A stretch of 64,000 bases of DNA. Source: Eubacteriales bacterium. GTDB taxonomy: Bacteria; Bacillota; Clostridia; Oscillospirales; CAG-272. Positions 28,115 through 37,019 of this stretch are shown piece by piece. The first letter of the stretch is position 1. Each line of letters opens with the position of its first letter. The position numbers and the translations under genes are program-made. The DNA is taken from NCBI GenBank assembly GCA_045577175.1, contig JAZNHT010000022.1, positions 481 through 64,480 of the forward strand, in the 5' to 3' direction. Under the pieces are notes generated by a model that was given only the letters and a program-made list of their open reading frames with translations, was not told the origin of the DNA and made no database searches.

Positions 28115-28338
28115 AAAAAACAAAAGCACCCCTTTGGGTGCAAAAAAACAAATCCTGTAAAACAAAAAACACACCCTTTCGGATGTGCATCCAATCTGCA
28201 AACAGAAATCGATCAAAAAGTCATTCCGTCGGCGAAGACGACAACATCCGAATCCTATACGCTTGTCATACCAATCGCCTCCTTATCAGAATGATTTTTG
28301 TTTTTTTACAGTATACCACGGATTCACAGTCTTGTCAA
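28115..28338 (-). promoter_or_regulatory. Promoter and attenuator leader with 4-codon uORF (MTSV) and two tandem terminators
   Basis: TTGACA(28338-28333)-17-TATACT(28315-28310); AAGGAGG then ATG ACA AGC GTA TAG (28269-28255); hairpin plus U tracts at 28188-28164 and 28141-28115. Confidence 0.75.
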
Positions 28339-28372
28339 TATGTAAAAGGGAGAGGCAGACTCCCCCTTTTCC

Positions 28373-29062
28373 CTATTCCTCTCCCCGAATCTGCGTCCGC
28401 AGAGCGTGCAGCGCGTCGGACAACCCGCCCACGCCGTCGATCAGCCCGATCTCCACCGCCTTCTGCCCGTCGATGATCGAGCCGACATCGGTGGCAATTT
28501 CGTCCGTGCGCAAAAGCAATCGGCGAAACTCTTCCTCCGACACGCCCGAATGTGCCGTCACAAACCGCACGATTCTGTCCTGCATCCGTTCAAAATAATA
28601 GTACGTCTGCGGCACGCCGACGACTGTCCCACTCATCCGCACGGGATGGATCGTCATCGTCGCCGACGGGACGATAAACGACCGTTTCGCGGACACCGCC
28701 AGCGGCACCCCGATCGAATGACCACCGCCGAGCACCAACGACACCGTCGGCTTCGTCATGCTCGCGATCATCTCCGCAAGCGCGAGCCCTGCCTCCACGT
28801 CGCCGCCCATCGTGTTGAGCAGAATCAAAACGCCGTCAATCTCGTCGCTCTCCTCCATCGATACAAGCATCGGAATCAGATGCTCGTACTTCGTCGCCTT
28901 CTGATCCGTCGGCAGGATATAATGCCCCTCGATCTGCCCGATGATCGTCAAGCTCTGGATCGTCTCGCAGTCCTTCTTCGCTACGACCGATCCGCTTTTG
29001 ATAATTCCCTCCAGCTTGTCCTCTTCGTCGCTCAGACCGTCTTTCTTTTCCTCGTCGCTCAT
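28373..29062 (-). CDS. tepA: ClpP-like protein TepA
   Basis: IIGQIEGH..TKYEHLIP, LNTMGGDVEAGLA, LGGGHSIGVPLAVS and TMTIHPVR. Confidence 0.88.
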   Translation of the reverse strand: MSDEEKKDGLSDEEDKLEGIIKSGSVVAKKDCETIQSLTIIGQIEGHYILPTDQKATKYEHLIPMLVSMEESDEIDGVLILLNTMGGDVEAGLALAEMIASMTKPTVSLVLGGGHSIGVPLAVSAKRSFIVPSATMTIHPVRMSGTVVGVPQTYYYFERMQDRIVRFVTAHSGVSEEEFRRLLLRTDEIATDVGSIIDGQKAVEIGLIDGVGGLSDALHALRTQIRGEE

Positions 29063-29439
29063 GTTGCATCCCCCATTCTTTTTTCGGTAGTATGGGCTTT
29101 TGCACCGTTTTGTATGCATTTTCGGCAGGTGCATAATTCCGCAGCGTTTTCGACACTCGCTTAAAACACACACAATCGGGCGAACAGCCAAGGAGAAGGA
29201 GTGGGGTTTGGGGCGAGGGAGAAACTTCGGCGGTGTAGGGGTTCCCCGAAATGAGCGAAGCGAGTTTTGGGGGTTCCCTGTGTTGGTTCTCCCTCGCCCC
29301 ATTTTCACATCTTTTTTCGCAGAAATTCTCGATTTTCCTTGATTTACGGCGCGAAATGCGCTATAATAAATATGTACGGGCATTTTCCGACGAATCTGCC
29401 TCGTCCGAAGTGATTATTTTTACAAAGGAGTATATTTCT

Positions 29440-30141
29440 ATGGGCGAACTCATCTATACCCACGAAGTACAGGAAATGTGCTGCGTGAAGCAGGGTCCGA
29501 ACCACGGTCCCGCGCCGATTCCCGAAGAAGGTCTTTGGGTAAAGGCAAAAGAAGTAAAGGACATCTCCGCACTGACGCACGGTATCGGCTGGTGCGCACC
29601 CCAGCAGGGCGCTTGCAAGCTGACGCTCAACGTCAAGGAAGGTATCATTCAGGAGGCTCTCGTTGAGACGATCGGCTGCTCCGGCATGACCCACTCCGCC
29701 GCTATGGCTGCTGAAATCCTCCCGGGAAAGACGGTGCTTGAGGCTCTCAACACCGACCTCGTCTGCGACGCAATCAACACCGCTATGCGCGAGCTCTTCC
29801 TCCAGATCGTATACGGTCGCCCCCAGTCCGCTTTCTCCGAGAACGGTCTGAACATCGGCGCAGGTCTTGAGGATCTCGGCAAGGGCTCCAGAAGCCAGGT
29901 CGGCACCATGTACGGCACCGCCGCTAAGGGTGTCCGCTATCTGGAGATGGCAGAGGGCTACGTTACCCGTATGGCTCTCGATGCCGACGATCAGGTAATC
30001 GGCTACGAATTTGTTTCCCTCGGCAAGATGACCGACTTCATCAAGAAGGGCGACGATCCGAACACCGCCTACAACAAGGCTATGGGTACATACGGCCGTT
30101 TCGATGACGCTGTGAAGTACATCGATCCGAGAAAGGCATAA
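29440..30141 (+). CDS. IscU/NifU-like protein associated with GGGtGRT
   Basis: HGIGWCAPQQGACKLTLNVKEGIIQEALVETIGCSGMTHS and LVCDAIN. Confidence 0.85.
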   Translation: MGELIYTHEVQEMCCVKQGPNHGPAPIPEEGLWVKAKEVKDISALTHGIGWCAPQQGACKLTLNVKEGIIQEALVETIGCSGMTHSAAMAAEILPGKTVLEALNTDLVCDAINTAMRELFLQIVYGRPQSAFSENGLNIGAGLEDLGKGSRSQVGTMYGTAAKGVRYLEMAEGYVTRMALDADDQVIGYEFVSLGKMTDFIKKGDDPNTAYNKAMGTYGRFDDAVKYIDPRKA

Positions 30142-30155
30142 GGAGGTACATACGA

Positions 30156-31154
30156 ATGGCACTGTTTGAAAACTACGAGAGACGTGCTCCCAAAATCATG
30201 GAGACTCTCGCAAAATACGGTATCTCCTCCATCGAGGAGTGCAAAGAGATCACCCTCGCAAAGGGTATCGACGTAGACAAGATCATCCGCGAGACCCAGC
30301 CGATCTGCTTTGAGAACGCTGTCTGGGCATACACGGTCGGCACCGCAATCGCTTTGAAGTCCGGCGCAACGAAGGCCGCTGATGCCGCTGCCGCTATCGG
30401 TATCGGTTTGCAGTCCTTCTGCATCCCCGGCTCCGTTGCCGAAAACCGCAAGGTCGGTCTCGGTCACGGTAACCTCGGCAAGATGCTCCTCTCTGAGGAG
30501 ACCGAGTGCTTCTGCTTCCTCGCCGGTCACGAGTCCTTCGCAGCCGCTGAGGGCGCAATCAAGATCGCTCTGAACGCAAACAAAGTCCGCAAACAGCCGC
30601 TGCGCGTTATCCTGAACGGTCTCGGCAAGGACGCTGCTTTCATCATCTCCCGCATCAATGGCTTCACCTACGTGCAGACTGAGTTCAATCCGTACACCGA
30701 GGAAGTTACGATCGTGAAGGAGACCGCGTACTCCAACGGTCCGCGCGCGAACGTCCGTTGCTACGGCGCTGACAACGTTCCCGAAGGCGTTGCCATCATG
30801 AAACTCGAGAAGGTCGGCGTTTCCATCACCGGTAACTCCACCAACCCGACCCGCTTCCAGCATCCCGTTGCAGGCACGTATAAGAAGTGGTGCACCGAGA
30901 ACGGCGTCAGCTACTTCTCCGTTGCTTCCGGCGGCGGTACGGGACGTACCCTCCATCCGGACAACATGGCAGCAGGTCCCTCCAGCTACGGCATGACGGA
31001 CACGATGGGTCGTATGCACTCCGATGCACAGTTCGCAGGTTCCTCCTCCGTTCCGGCTCACGTAGAAATGATGGGGCTGATCGGCGCGGGTAACAACCCG
31101 ATGGTTGGTATGACCGTCGCTTGCGCTGTTGCAGTTGAGGAAGCGTGCAAGTAA
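30156..31154 (+). CDS. GGGtGRT-family protein
   Basis: Signature SVASGGGTGRTLHPDN; FLAGHESFAAAEGA. Confidence 0.95.
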   Translation: MALFENYERRAPKIMETLAKYGISSIEECKEITLAKGIDVDKIIRETQPICFENAVWAYTVGTAIALKSGATKAADAAAAIGIGLQSFCIPGSVAENRKVGLGHGNLGKMLLSEETECFCFLAGHESFAAAEGAIKIALNANKVRKQPLRVILNGLGKDAAFIISRINGFTYVQTEFNPYTEEVTIVKETAYSNGPRANVRCYGADNVPEGVAIMKLEKVGVSITGNSTNPTRFQHPVAGTYKKWCTENGVSYFSVASGGGTGRTLHPDNMAAGPSSYGMTDTMGRMHSDAQFAGSSSVPAHVEMMGLIGAGNNPMVGMTVACAVAVEEACK

Positions 31155-31462
31155 GAGAATATTTTCGTGGGGAAAACTTCAAAGAGGTTTTCCCCATATT
31201 CTTTTTTAAAACTTTTCTCCGCAGGGTGGATGTCCCCCCTGCCCCCTATCCAACAACAGGACTCCGCCCGGAGTCCTGTTTCGTTTTTCATACTCAGGCT
31301 TCACAGAAGCAGATCACATCACCGTCACAAAGTACGAGAAATAATTTTTCTCCGTCAAAAATTTTTCGCTAAAAATTTTCCAAAACATAAAACCGATCAC
31401 AGTTCTCACTCCCCTTTATAAGTGTAAGACCAAAAACAAAACAAATAAGAGAGGACTCCACC

Positions 31463-31909
31463 ATGAAAAACACCCCCACCGGCACACGAACCGTCCGCGC
31501 AAATGCGGACGAAATCCGCCCCGAAGCAGTCCCCACGTCCGACTCCCGCCCCGATATTCTCGCAACGCTCTATGTGATCGCCCACTTTCTCCCCCTGTTG
31601 ACATCGATCGCTCTTCTCATCAATTTCCTTTTTGCCCCGTCCAATTTTGTAGCAGATTATATTCTTCTCCCCATTGCTGCCGTCGGCTGGCTCTCGGCAA
31701 TCATCGTCAGACCGCTCGCAATCATCAAAACTGTCCTGTCCAAATCCTGGGCTGTCTTCAAATTTTTCTTCGGCTTCCCTGTATTCCTCGTAAGCACTAC
31801 CACCGCGGTGGTCTGCGGTGTCATTGCCTTCAGCGTTCTCACCATGGCAGCGGTCTTTGCGCCCGCCGCATTCACGATCTGCTTTTTCCTGAAGGATTGC
31901 ATGGACTGA
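31463..31909 (+). CDS. Hypothetical membrane protein
   Basis: 148 aa, strongly hydrophobic; GAGGA RBS. Confidence 0.7.
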   Translation: MKNTPTGTRTVRANADEIRPEAVPTSDSRPDILATLYVIAHFLPLLTSIALLINFLFAPSNFVADYILLPIAAVGWLSAIIVRPLAIIKTVLSKSWAVFKFFFGFPVFLVSTTTAVVCGVIAFSVLTMAAVFAPAAFTICFFLKDCMD

Positions 31910-32003
31910 ACCGAATATTTGACAACATTTGACACAGCATGCTATAATAGTATTATTCGCATTCTGTGATCCGATTCCCTTTATATAAAGGAGGATTTCC
32001 CGA

Positions 32004-32168
32004 ATGTCCGATATAAACAAACAGGCACCGCAGAAAAATACGCATTTCCTGCACGGCGTCTTTCACACAGATCAACGCAATCATCCCATGCCGCAGGTCT
32101 GGGCAAAATCCATTCTGCAAAAAATCCTTACCTTCTTCTCCGAAAATACTGAAAAAAGGAGCCACTGA
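32004..32168 (+). CDS. 54-aa ORF immediately upstream of the sigma factor (not in ORF track)
   Basis: AAGGAGG RBS; MSDINKQAPQKNTHFLHGVFHTDQRNHPMPQVWAKSILQKILTFFSENTEKRSH*; stop 1 nt before the sigma ATG. Confidence 0.5.
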   Translation: MSDINKQAPQKNTHFLHGVFHTDQRNHPMPQVWAKSILQKILTFFSENTEKRSH

Positions 32169-32169
32169 C

Positions 32170-33981
32170 ATGGACAAACACGAGCTGAAAGCGGTTGTCC
32201 TCCGCGCGCAAAGCGGAGACAGCCACGCCATCGAAGAGCTGTATACGGCATTTTACGAAAGCGTTTTCTATTTCGCCAAGAAAACGTTGCGGGATGAGAA
32301 TCTGGCATACGATATTACGCAGGATACCTTTTTGGAGGTCATCCGCACCATAGACTGTCTGGAGGCTCCCGAGGCATTCGCCGTCTGGATCCGCCGGATC
32401 ACGCTCCATCAGTGCACCCGGCATTTCAAAAAGAAAAAGGATGTCCTTCTGGAGGAGGATGCAGACGGACACACCATTCTTGATACCATGGAGGATGACG
32501 ACGAAGGCTCTCTCCCCGCCGAGGTGTGTGAAAAGGAGGAGTTCCGTTCTACCATTCTCTCGATTGTGGATACGCTGAGCGAAGAACAGCGCGCCGCCGT
32601 GCTTCTTTACTACTATGATGAGCTCCCCATCCAAAAAATCGCCGAGATGCAGGGAGTATCCGAGGGCACCGTCAAAAGCCGTCTGAACTATGCGCGCAAG
32701 GCTATCCGCAAAGGCGTGGAGCAGTACGAAGCCAAAACAGGCACCAAGCTGCACGGCGTCCCGTTCTTGCCGCTCGTCCGTATCTTTTTCAACAATCCCG
32801 AGCCTATGTCCTCCGCCCGGGCTGCCGCTTTGGGCAAAACGATCTCTGCGGCGGCCGGCACCGTTGCCGCAGGTGCCGCTTCGGTCGGGATCGCGGCAAA
32901 AATCGTCGCCATCCCACTGGGCGCAAAGATCGTATCTCTCATTCTGGCTGTCGCCATCACCGTGGGAATCTGCGTTACCGTTGTGACCGTATCCAAGGAC
33001 GCTCCCACGGGCAGTGCAGAAATTGAAAGCACTGTCGCCGAGGCAGATACGTTTGAAGCGACCCCCGATACGGACGCTTCCGTACCCGAGACCGACATGC
33101 CCGAGACCGACGCGCCCGAGACCGACGTGCCCGAGACCGACGTGCCCGAGACCGACGTACCCGAGACCGACGCGCCCGAGACCGACGTACCCGAGACCGA
33201 CGCGCCCGAGACCGACGTGGCGAAAGACACCTCCTCGCTTGATGAAAACTCGTCACAAGTGCTCCCAACCTGTCTCAGCACACACGTTGCCCCCACACTT
33301 TCGATCGAAGACGACATTCTGACGATCCGAAACAACTCCTGGGAATTTGAAGAAAGCAACATTGCAAGAACTGCCTACCACATATTTGTGGATGGAAATC
33401 TGCTCTATGTTTGGAACGAATCCATCGGTATGCTGTGCGACTCTGTTGTCATAACAGACACATTCCGACTCCCCTTGATGCACTATTCCGCCACCGACCC
33501 TCTGGGCGCACACACAATTACCGTACAGCCGGCATGTGTTCAATACGATGCTGAACATTCCGTATTCTGCAATCACATTTATAATAACGGTACGGACGGC
33601 TTGTCAGAAAGCATTGAATATACCCGTTCGGTAGCGGCGCTGTATTACCCGGATGACGAAGATTTCTCCGTTCCGTATTACTGTGAACATGCATCGATTT
33701 CTATCAAGATAATTCCGCAGCACGGTCACGGTCGCCGCTGCGACAATTGCTCGCTGATGTCCGATATAGAGCTCTGTAAAGATGACGATTTCAACAGCAT
33801 CTGCGATGTCTGCGAAACTTGTATGCACCTGTACAGAGAAGTGACAAACGAAGCTATAGACGGGGTGCTGCACCACGCCTACCGCTGTACAAATTGCCAT
33901 ACTGACGGCTTGAGCGAAGAGCGTTGCTATGACGACGACTACGACGGTGCCTGCGATATATGCGATCAAAGACTGGAATGA
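32170..33981 (+). CDS. ECF sigma-70 factor fused to a TM helix, repeat stalk and Cys-rich C-terminal domain
   Basis: Region 2 (DITQDTFLEV..FAVWIRRI), region 4 (LSEEQRAAVLLYYY..EGTVKSRLNYAR), TM IVSLILAVAITVGICVTVVTV, PETD repeats and CxxC clusters. Confidence 0.85.
   Translation: MDKHELKAVVLRAQSGDSHAIEELYTAFYESVFYFAKKTLRDENLAYDITQDTFLEVIRTIDCLEAPEAFAVWIRRITLHQCTRHFKKKKDVLLEEDADGHTILDTMEDDDEGSLPAEVCEKEEFRSTILSIVDTLSEEQRAAVLLYYYDELPIQKIAEMQGVSEGTVKSRLNYARKAIRKGVEQYEAKTGTKLHGVPFLPLVRIFFNNPEPMSSARAAALGKTISAAAGTVAAGAASVGIAAKIVAIPLGAKIVSLILAVAITVGICVTVVTVSKDAPTGSAEIESTVAEADTFEATPDTDASVPETDMPETDAPETDVPETDVPETDVPETDAPETDVPETDAPETDVAKDTSSLDENSSQVLPTCLSTHVAPTLSIEDDILTIRNNSWEFEESNIARTAYHIFVDGNLLYVWNESIGMLCDSVVITDTFRLPLMHYSATDPLGAHTITVQPACVQYDAEHSVFCNHIYNNGTDGLSESIEYTRSVAALYYPDDEDFSVPYYCEHASISIKIIPQHGHGRRCDNCSLMSDIELCKDDDFNSICDVCETCMHLYREVTNEAIDGVLHHAYRCTNCHTDGLSEERCYDDDYDGACDICDQRLE
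33085..33219 (+). repeat. 15-bp coding tandem repeat x9 (PETD[V/A/M])
   Basis: CCCGAGACCGACRYR repeated nine times. Confidence 0.95.
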
Positions 33982-34033
33982 TTTCAATAAAGCAGCTTAT
34001 ACAGAAAACCGCAGGCATTCCAAATGCCTGCGG

Positions 34034-34252
34034 TTATTTTTTCGGATACGGTTTTCGCTCGTCCGTAAGCCCGACGATGTAATCAATCGAGGTGTCGTAA
34101 AACACGGCGAGCGCGATCAGCGTTTCCAGCGGAATCTGTCTCTGCCCGTTCTCGTACTGCGAATACGTATTCTGCTTGATATGCAAGTGCCTTGCCAACG
34201 CCATCTGCGTCAGATCGGAATCCTCTCTTAAATCTCTCAGCCGCATCAACAT
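34034..34252 (-). CDS. Xre-family HTH regulator
   Basis: RLRDLREDSDLTQ..QNTYSQYENGQRQIP..FYDTSIDYIVGLTD. Confidence 0.9.
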   Translation of the reverse strand: MLMRLRDLREDSDLTQMALARHLHIKQNTYSQYENGQRQIPLETLIALAVFYDTSIDYIVGLTDERKPYPKK

Positions 34253-34276
34253 CCCCCCTCGATATTATTATATAAA

Positions 34277-34321
34277 ATCTCAGGTTGAGATATTGACAAT
34301 TATCTCAATTTGTGATATTAT
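34277..34321. promoter_or_regulatory. Divergent promoter with 15-bp ATCTC-N5-G(A/T)GAT operators
   Basis: Operators at 34277-34291 and 34302-34316; TTGACA(34293)-17-TATTAT(34316). Confidence 0.72.
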
Positions 34322-34362
34322 ATTGACGGCGATTATCGCAAATTATCAAAAGGAGTAAAAAT

Positions 34363-35007
34363 ATGTATTGCAAACACTGCGGCACTGAACTGCCCAACGA
34401 TGCGGCTTTTTGCGCAAAATGCGGCACATCGCAAACAGGAGAAAAGCTGACAACAACCATCAAAGTAAAGGAAGCAAGAAAAGAAACGAAGGTTATCCAG
34501 GTACACCCCGATTGGGAGGATGCCGCCATTAAGGAATACGAAGCCTTCGGTTGGGAATGCACACACAGCCAGACGGTCAAAACGAAAGATTCGCATCTGG
34601 AGCGCGGCTTTGGCAACAGCATCATGTCGGTAACGGAAACGGAAACCTTTGTCAAGCTGACCTTCCAGCGAAATATGAACATGGACAACTACGCCCGAAT
34701 TGTAGAGTTGGAAACACAATACAAAAGAGCGGACAGTCTCGGCTCCCAGCCCAAACAGCGCAAATGGCCGCTCATTCTCGGCATCCTCTCCATTCCGATC
34801 GCGTTAAGTGGTATTGTACAAGCTCTCGATGAGCCTACACTCCTGGTCGGAGCAATCGTTTTTCTGGGCATCGCCGTTCTTTCCTTTTGGAAGTTTAATA
34901 AAGACGGAAAAAAGCATGATGAAGCACTGGCCGCGTGGGAAAAAGCTGCCGAAGAAGCAGCTGCGATCAAAGAACGCTGCCTGGAAGATGCGCGTAAACT
35001 GCTGTAA
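34363..35007 (+). CDS. Zinc-ribbon membrane protein
   Basis: MYCKHCG..FCAKCG N-terminus and two C-terminal TM helices. Confidence 0.82.
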   Translation: MYCKHCGTELPNDAAFCAKCGTSQTGEKLTTTIKVKEARKETKVIQVHPDWEDAAIKEYEAFGWECTHSQTVKTKDSHLERGFGNSIMSVTETETFVKLTFQRNMNMDNYARIVELETQYKRADSLGSQPKQRKWPLILGILSIPIALSGIVQALDEPTLLVGAIVFLGIAVLSFWKFNKDGKKHDEALAAWEKAAEEAAAIKERCLEDARKLL

Positions 35008-35021
35008 GGCGAGAAACGATA

Positions 35022-35774
35022 ATGTTCTTTTTGATTCAACTGTTTCTGAGTGCAGGAATCCCCGTTGTGTGCGCCCTGCTCTGCGGACTGCTCCCGGGTA
35101 TCGGCGATTTTTTCACGCAGTGTGCCGCCTACTGGGTTCATCCCACCACAATGACGGGTGCTTTGCTTCAAACCTTCCCCTTTGCGGATGAAATCCCTCT
35201 TTTGAAGGAAGCAATTGACAGTGGTTTTGCAATCTACGGCGCCGTGACAAACACAGACTCTCAGTACGCCCTGTTTTACGACACATATTTTCTGGTTTTA
35301 TCCGTGATCGTTATTGACACGATGATGTACCTGTTTCAATTCATCAAAAAGCCGTTCCCCATACGAAATGAAATATCCAATAAGGTATGCAACACGCTCG
35401 CACTGCTTCTCATTTCCTATCTCGGCACGGCAACTATCCTGGTGTTGGCAGAGTATCTCTTCGCACTGTTGGGAGGCAATTACATCGTCGCTTTCGCCGC
35501 CATGGTAGGGGTAATCTTTGCACATTCGTTCCTTTTGGCACTTTTCAAGGCACAAAAGAAAGAACTCGGTCACTTACTGCGCGTATCCGTGAATCTGATG
35601 GGCGATACACTGTTGAGTGCGTTTTACGTAGCACTCCTGTATGCCACAATTGTTTTGATTACTCTGTGTCTCACAAACGGACATTCCACTCTGTTAATGC
35701 TGTTAGCAACCGTCTGCGCATCTTTGTACCTGATTATGACAATCAGCAAAGTAGCAAAGAGAATGTCAGACTAA
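35022..35774 (+). CDS. Hypothetical multi-pass membrane protein
   Basis: 250 aa with about 6 hydrophobic segments. Confidence 0.75.
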   Translation: MFFLIQLFLSAGIPVVCALLCGLLPGIGDFFTQCAAYWVHPTTMTGALLQTFPFADEIPLLKEAIDSGFAIYGAVTNTDSQYALFYDTYFLVLSVIVIDTMMYLFQFIKKPFPIRNEISNKVCNTLALLLISYLGTATILVLAEYLFALLGGNYIVAFAAMVGVIFAHSFLLALFKAQKKELGHLLRVSVNLMGDTLLSAFYVALLYATIVLITLCLTNGHSTLLMLLATVCASLYLIMTISKVAKRMSD

Positions 35775-35832
35775 TCCCCCCACATCAAAAAACCGCCCTG
35801 TGGTTTCCCACAGGGCGGCATTTCTTTTATTC

Positions 35833-36792
35833 TTACAGCGTGTTCGAGGAGCCGAGCACGTTTGCGATCTTGTGCTTGACGATGTCCTTGACGTTTGCGC
35901 GGGCGACCTTGAGATACTCTCTGGGATCGAACGCGGACGGATTCTCGGTGAGAACCTTGCGGATGCCTGCCGTCATAGCGAGACGGAGGTCGGAGTCGAT
36001 GTTGATCTTGCAGACTGCCATCTTCGCTGCCTTGCGGAGCTGATCCTCCGGAATACCGACTGCATCCGGGAGGTTGCCGCCAAGCTCGTTGATCTCCTTA
36101 ACGAACTGCTGCGGAACAGAGGAAGCGCCGTGGAGAACGATCGGGAAGCCGGGCAGTCTCTTGCCTACCTCCTCAAGAATGTCGAAGCGGAGCGGCGGCG
36201 GAACGAGGATGCCCTCCTCGTTTCTGGTGCACTGCTTAGCGGTGAATTTGTATGCGCCATGGGACGTACCGATGGAGATGGCGAGGGAGTCAACGCCGGT
36301 GCGCTCAACAAACTCCTGTACCTCCTCGGGACGGGTGTAGGAAGAATGCTCGGCAACTACGTCATCCTCAACGCCTGCGAGAACGCCAAGCTCACCCTCA
36401 ACGACAACGCCGTGCGCGTGTGCGTACTCAACGACCTTCTTGGTCAGCGCGATATTGTCCTCAAAGCTGTGGTGGGAGCCGTCGATCATGACGGACGTGA
36501 AGCCGCCGTCGATGCAGGACTTACAGATTTCGAAATCTGCGCCGTGGTCGAGGTGGAGCGCGAGATCGATGCCGGTATCCTCAACAGCCGCGTGTGCGAG
36601 GGACATGAGGTATGCGTGCTTTGCATACTTTCTTGCGCCTGCGGAAACCTGCAGGATAACGGGGGATTTCTCCTCCTGTGCTGCCTCGGTGATTGCCTGA
36701 GCAAGCTCCATGTTGTTGATATTGAATGCGCCGATTGCATAACCGCCTTCGTATGCTTTGCGGAACATTTCCTTAGTTGTTACAAGTGCCAC
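35833..36792 (-). CDS. fba: Class II fructose-bisphosphate aldolase
   Basis: GTG start giving MALVTTKEMF; LHLDHG, SVMIDGS, GTSHGAYKF, VLHGASS and KINIDSD. Confidence 0.95.
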   Translation of the reverse strand: MALVTTKEMFRKAYEGGYAIGAFNINNMELAQAITEAAQEEKSPVILQVSAGARKYAKHAYLMSLAHAAVEDTGIDLALHLDHGADFEICKSCIDGGFTSVMIDGSHHSFEDNIALTKKVVEYAHAHGVVVEGELGVLAGVEDDVVAEHSSYTRPEEVQEFVERTGVDSLAISIGTSHGAYKFTAKQCTRNEEGILVPPPLRFDILEEVGKRLPGFPIVLHGASSVPQQFVKEINELGGNLPDAVGIPEDQLRKAAKMAVCKINIDSDLRLAMTAGIRKVLTENPSAFDPREYLKVARANVKDIVKHKIANVLGSSNTL

Positions 36793-37019
36793 AATAAACC
36801 TCTTTCTTCCGTCTTCTTTGATTTTTGTACTGCTTCGGTAAAAACACCCGAATCGCCCCGACGGCAGGACGCATCTCGCAGTCATACACAAATATTGTAA
36901 ATCTATTTTGCCCGATTGTCAAGGGGTCTTGCGTGCTTTATGCGATTTTTTTGCGATTTCCCGATGCTTCGCGCGAAAAAATCCCACGGAGGCGGTCTCC
37001 GTGGGATTTGAAAACGGAA

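Noticed and set aside
31412-31985. Shared CCCTTTATA upstream of 31463 and 32004 as an ECF-sigma promoter element
   Set aside because: Only a 9-bp match with no corresponding -35 similarity; could be chance.
33085-33219. 15-bp repeats as CRISPR or a non-coding repeat
   Set aside because: They are head-to-tail with no spacers and in frame within the sigma-factor CDS.
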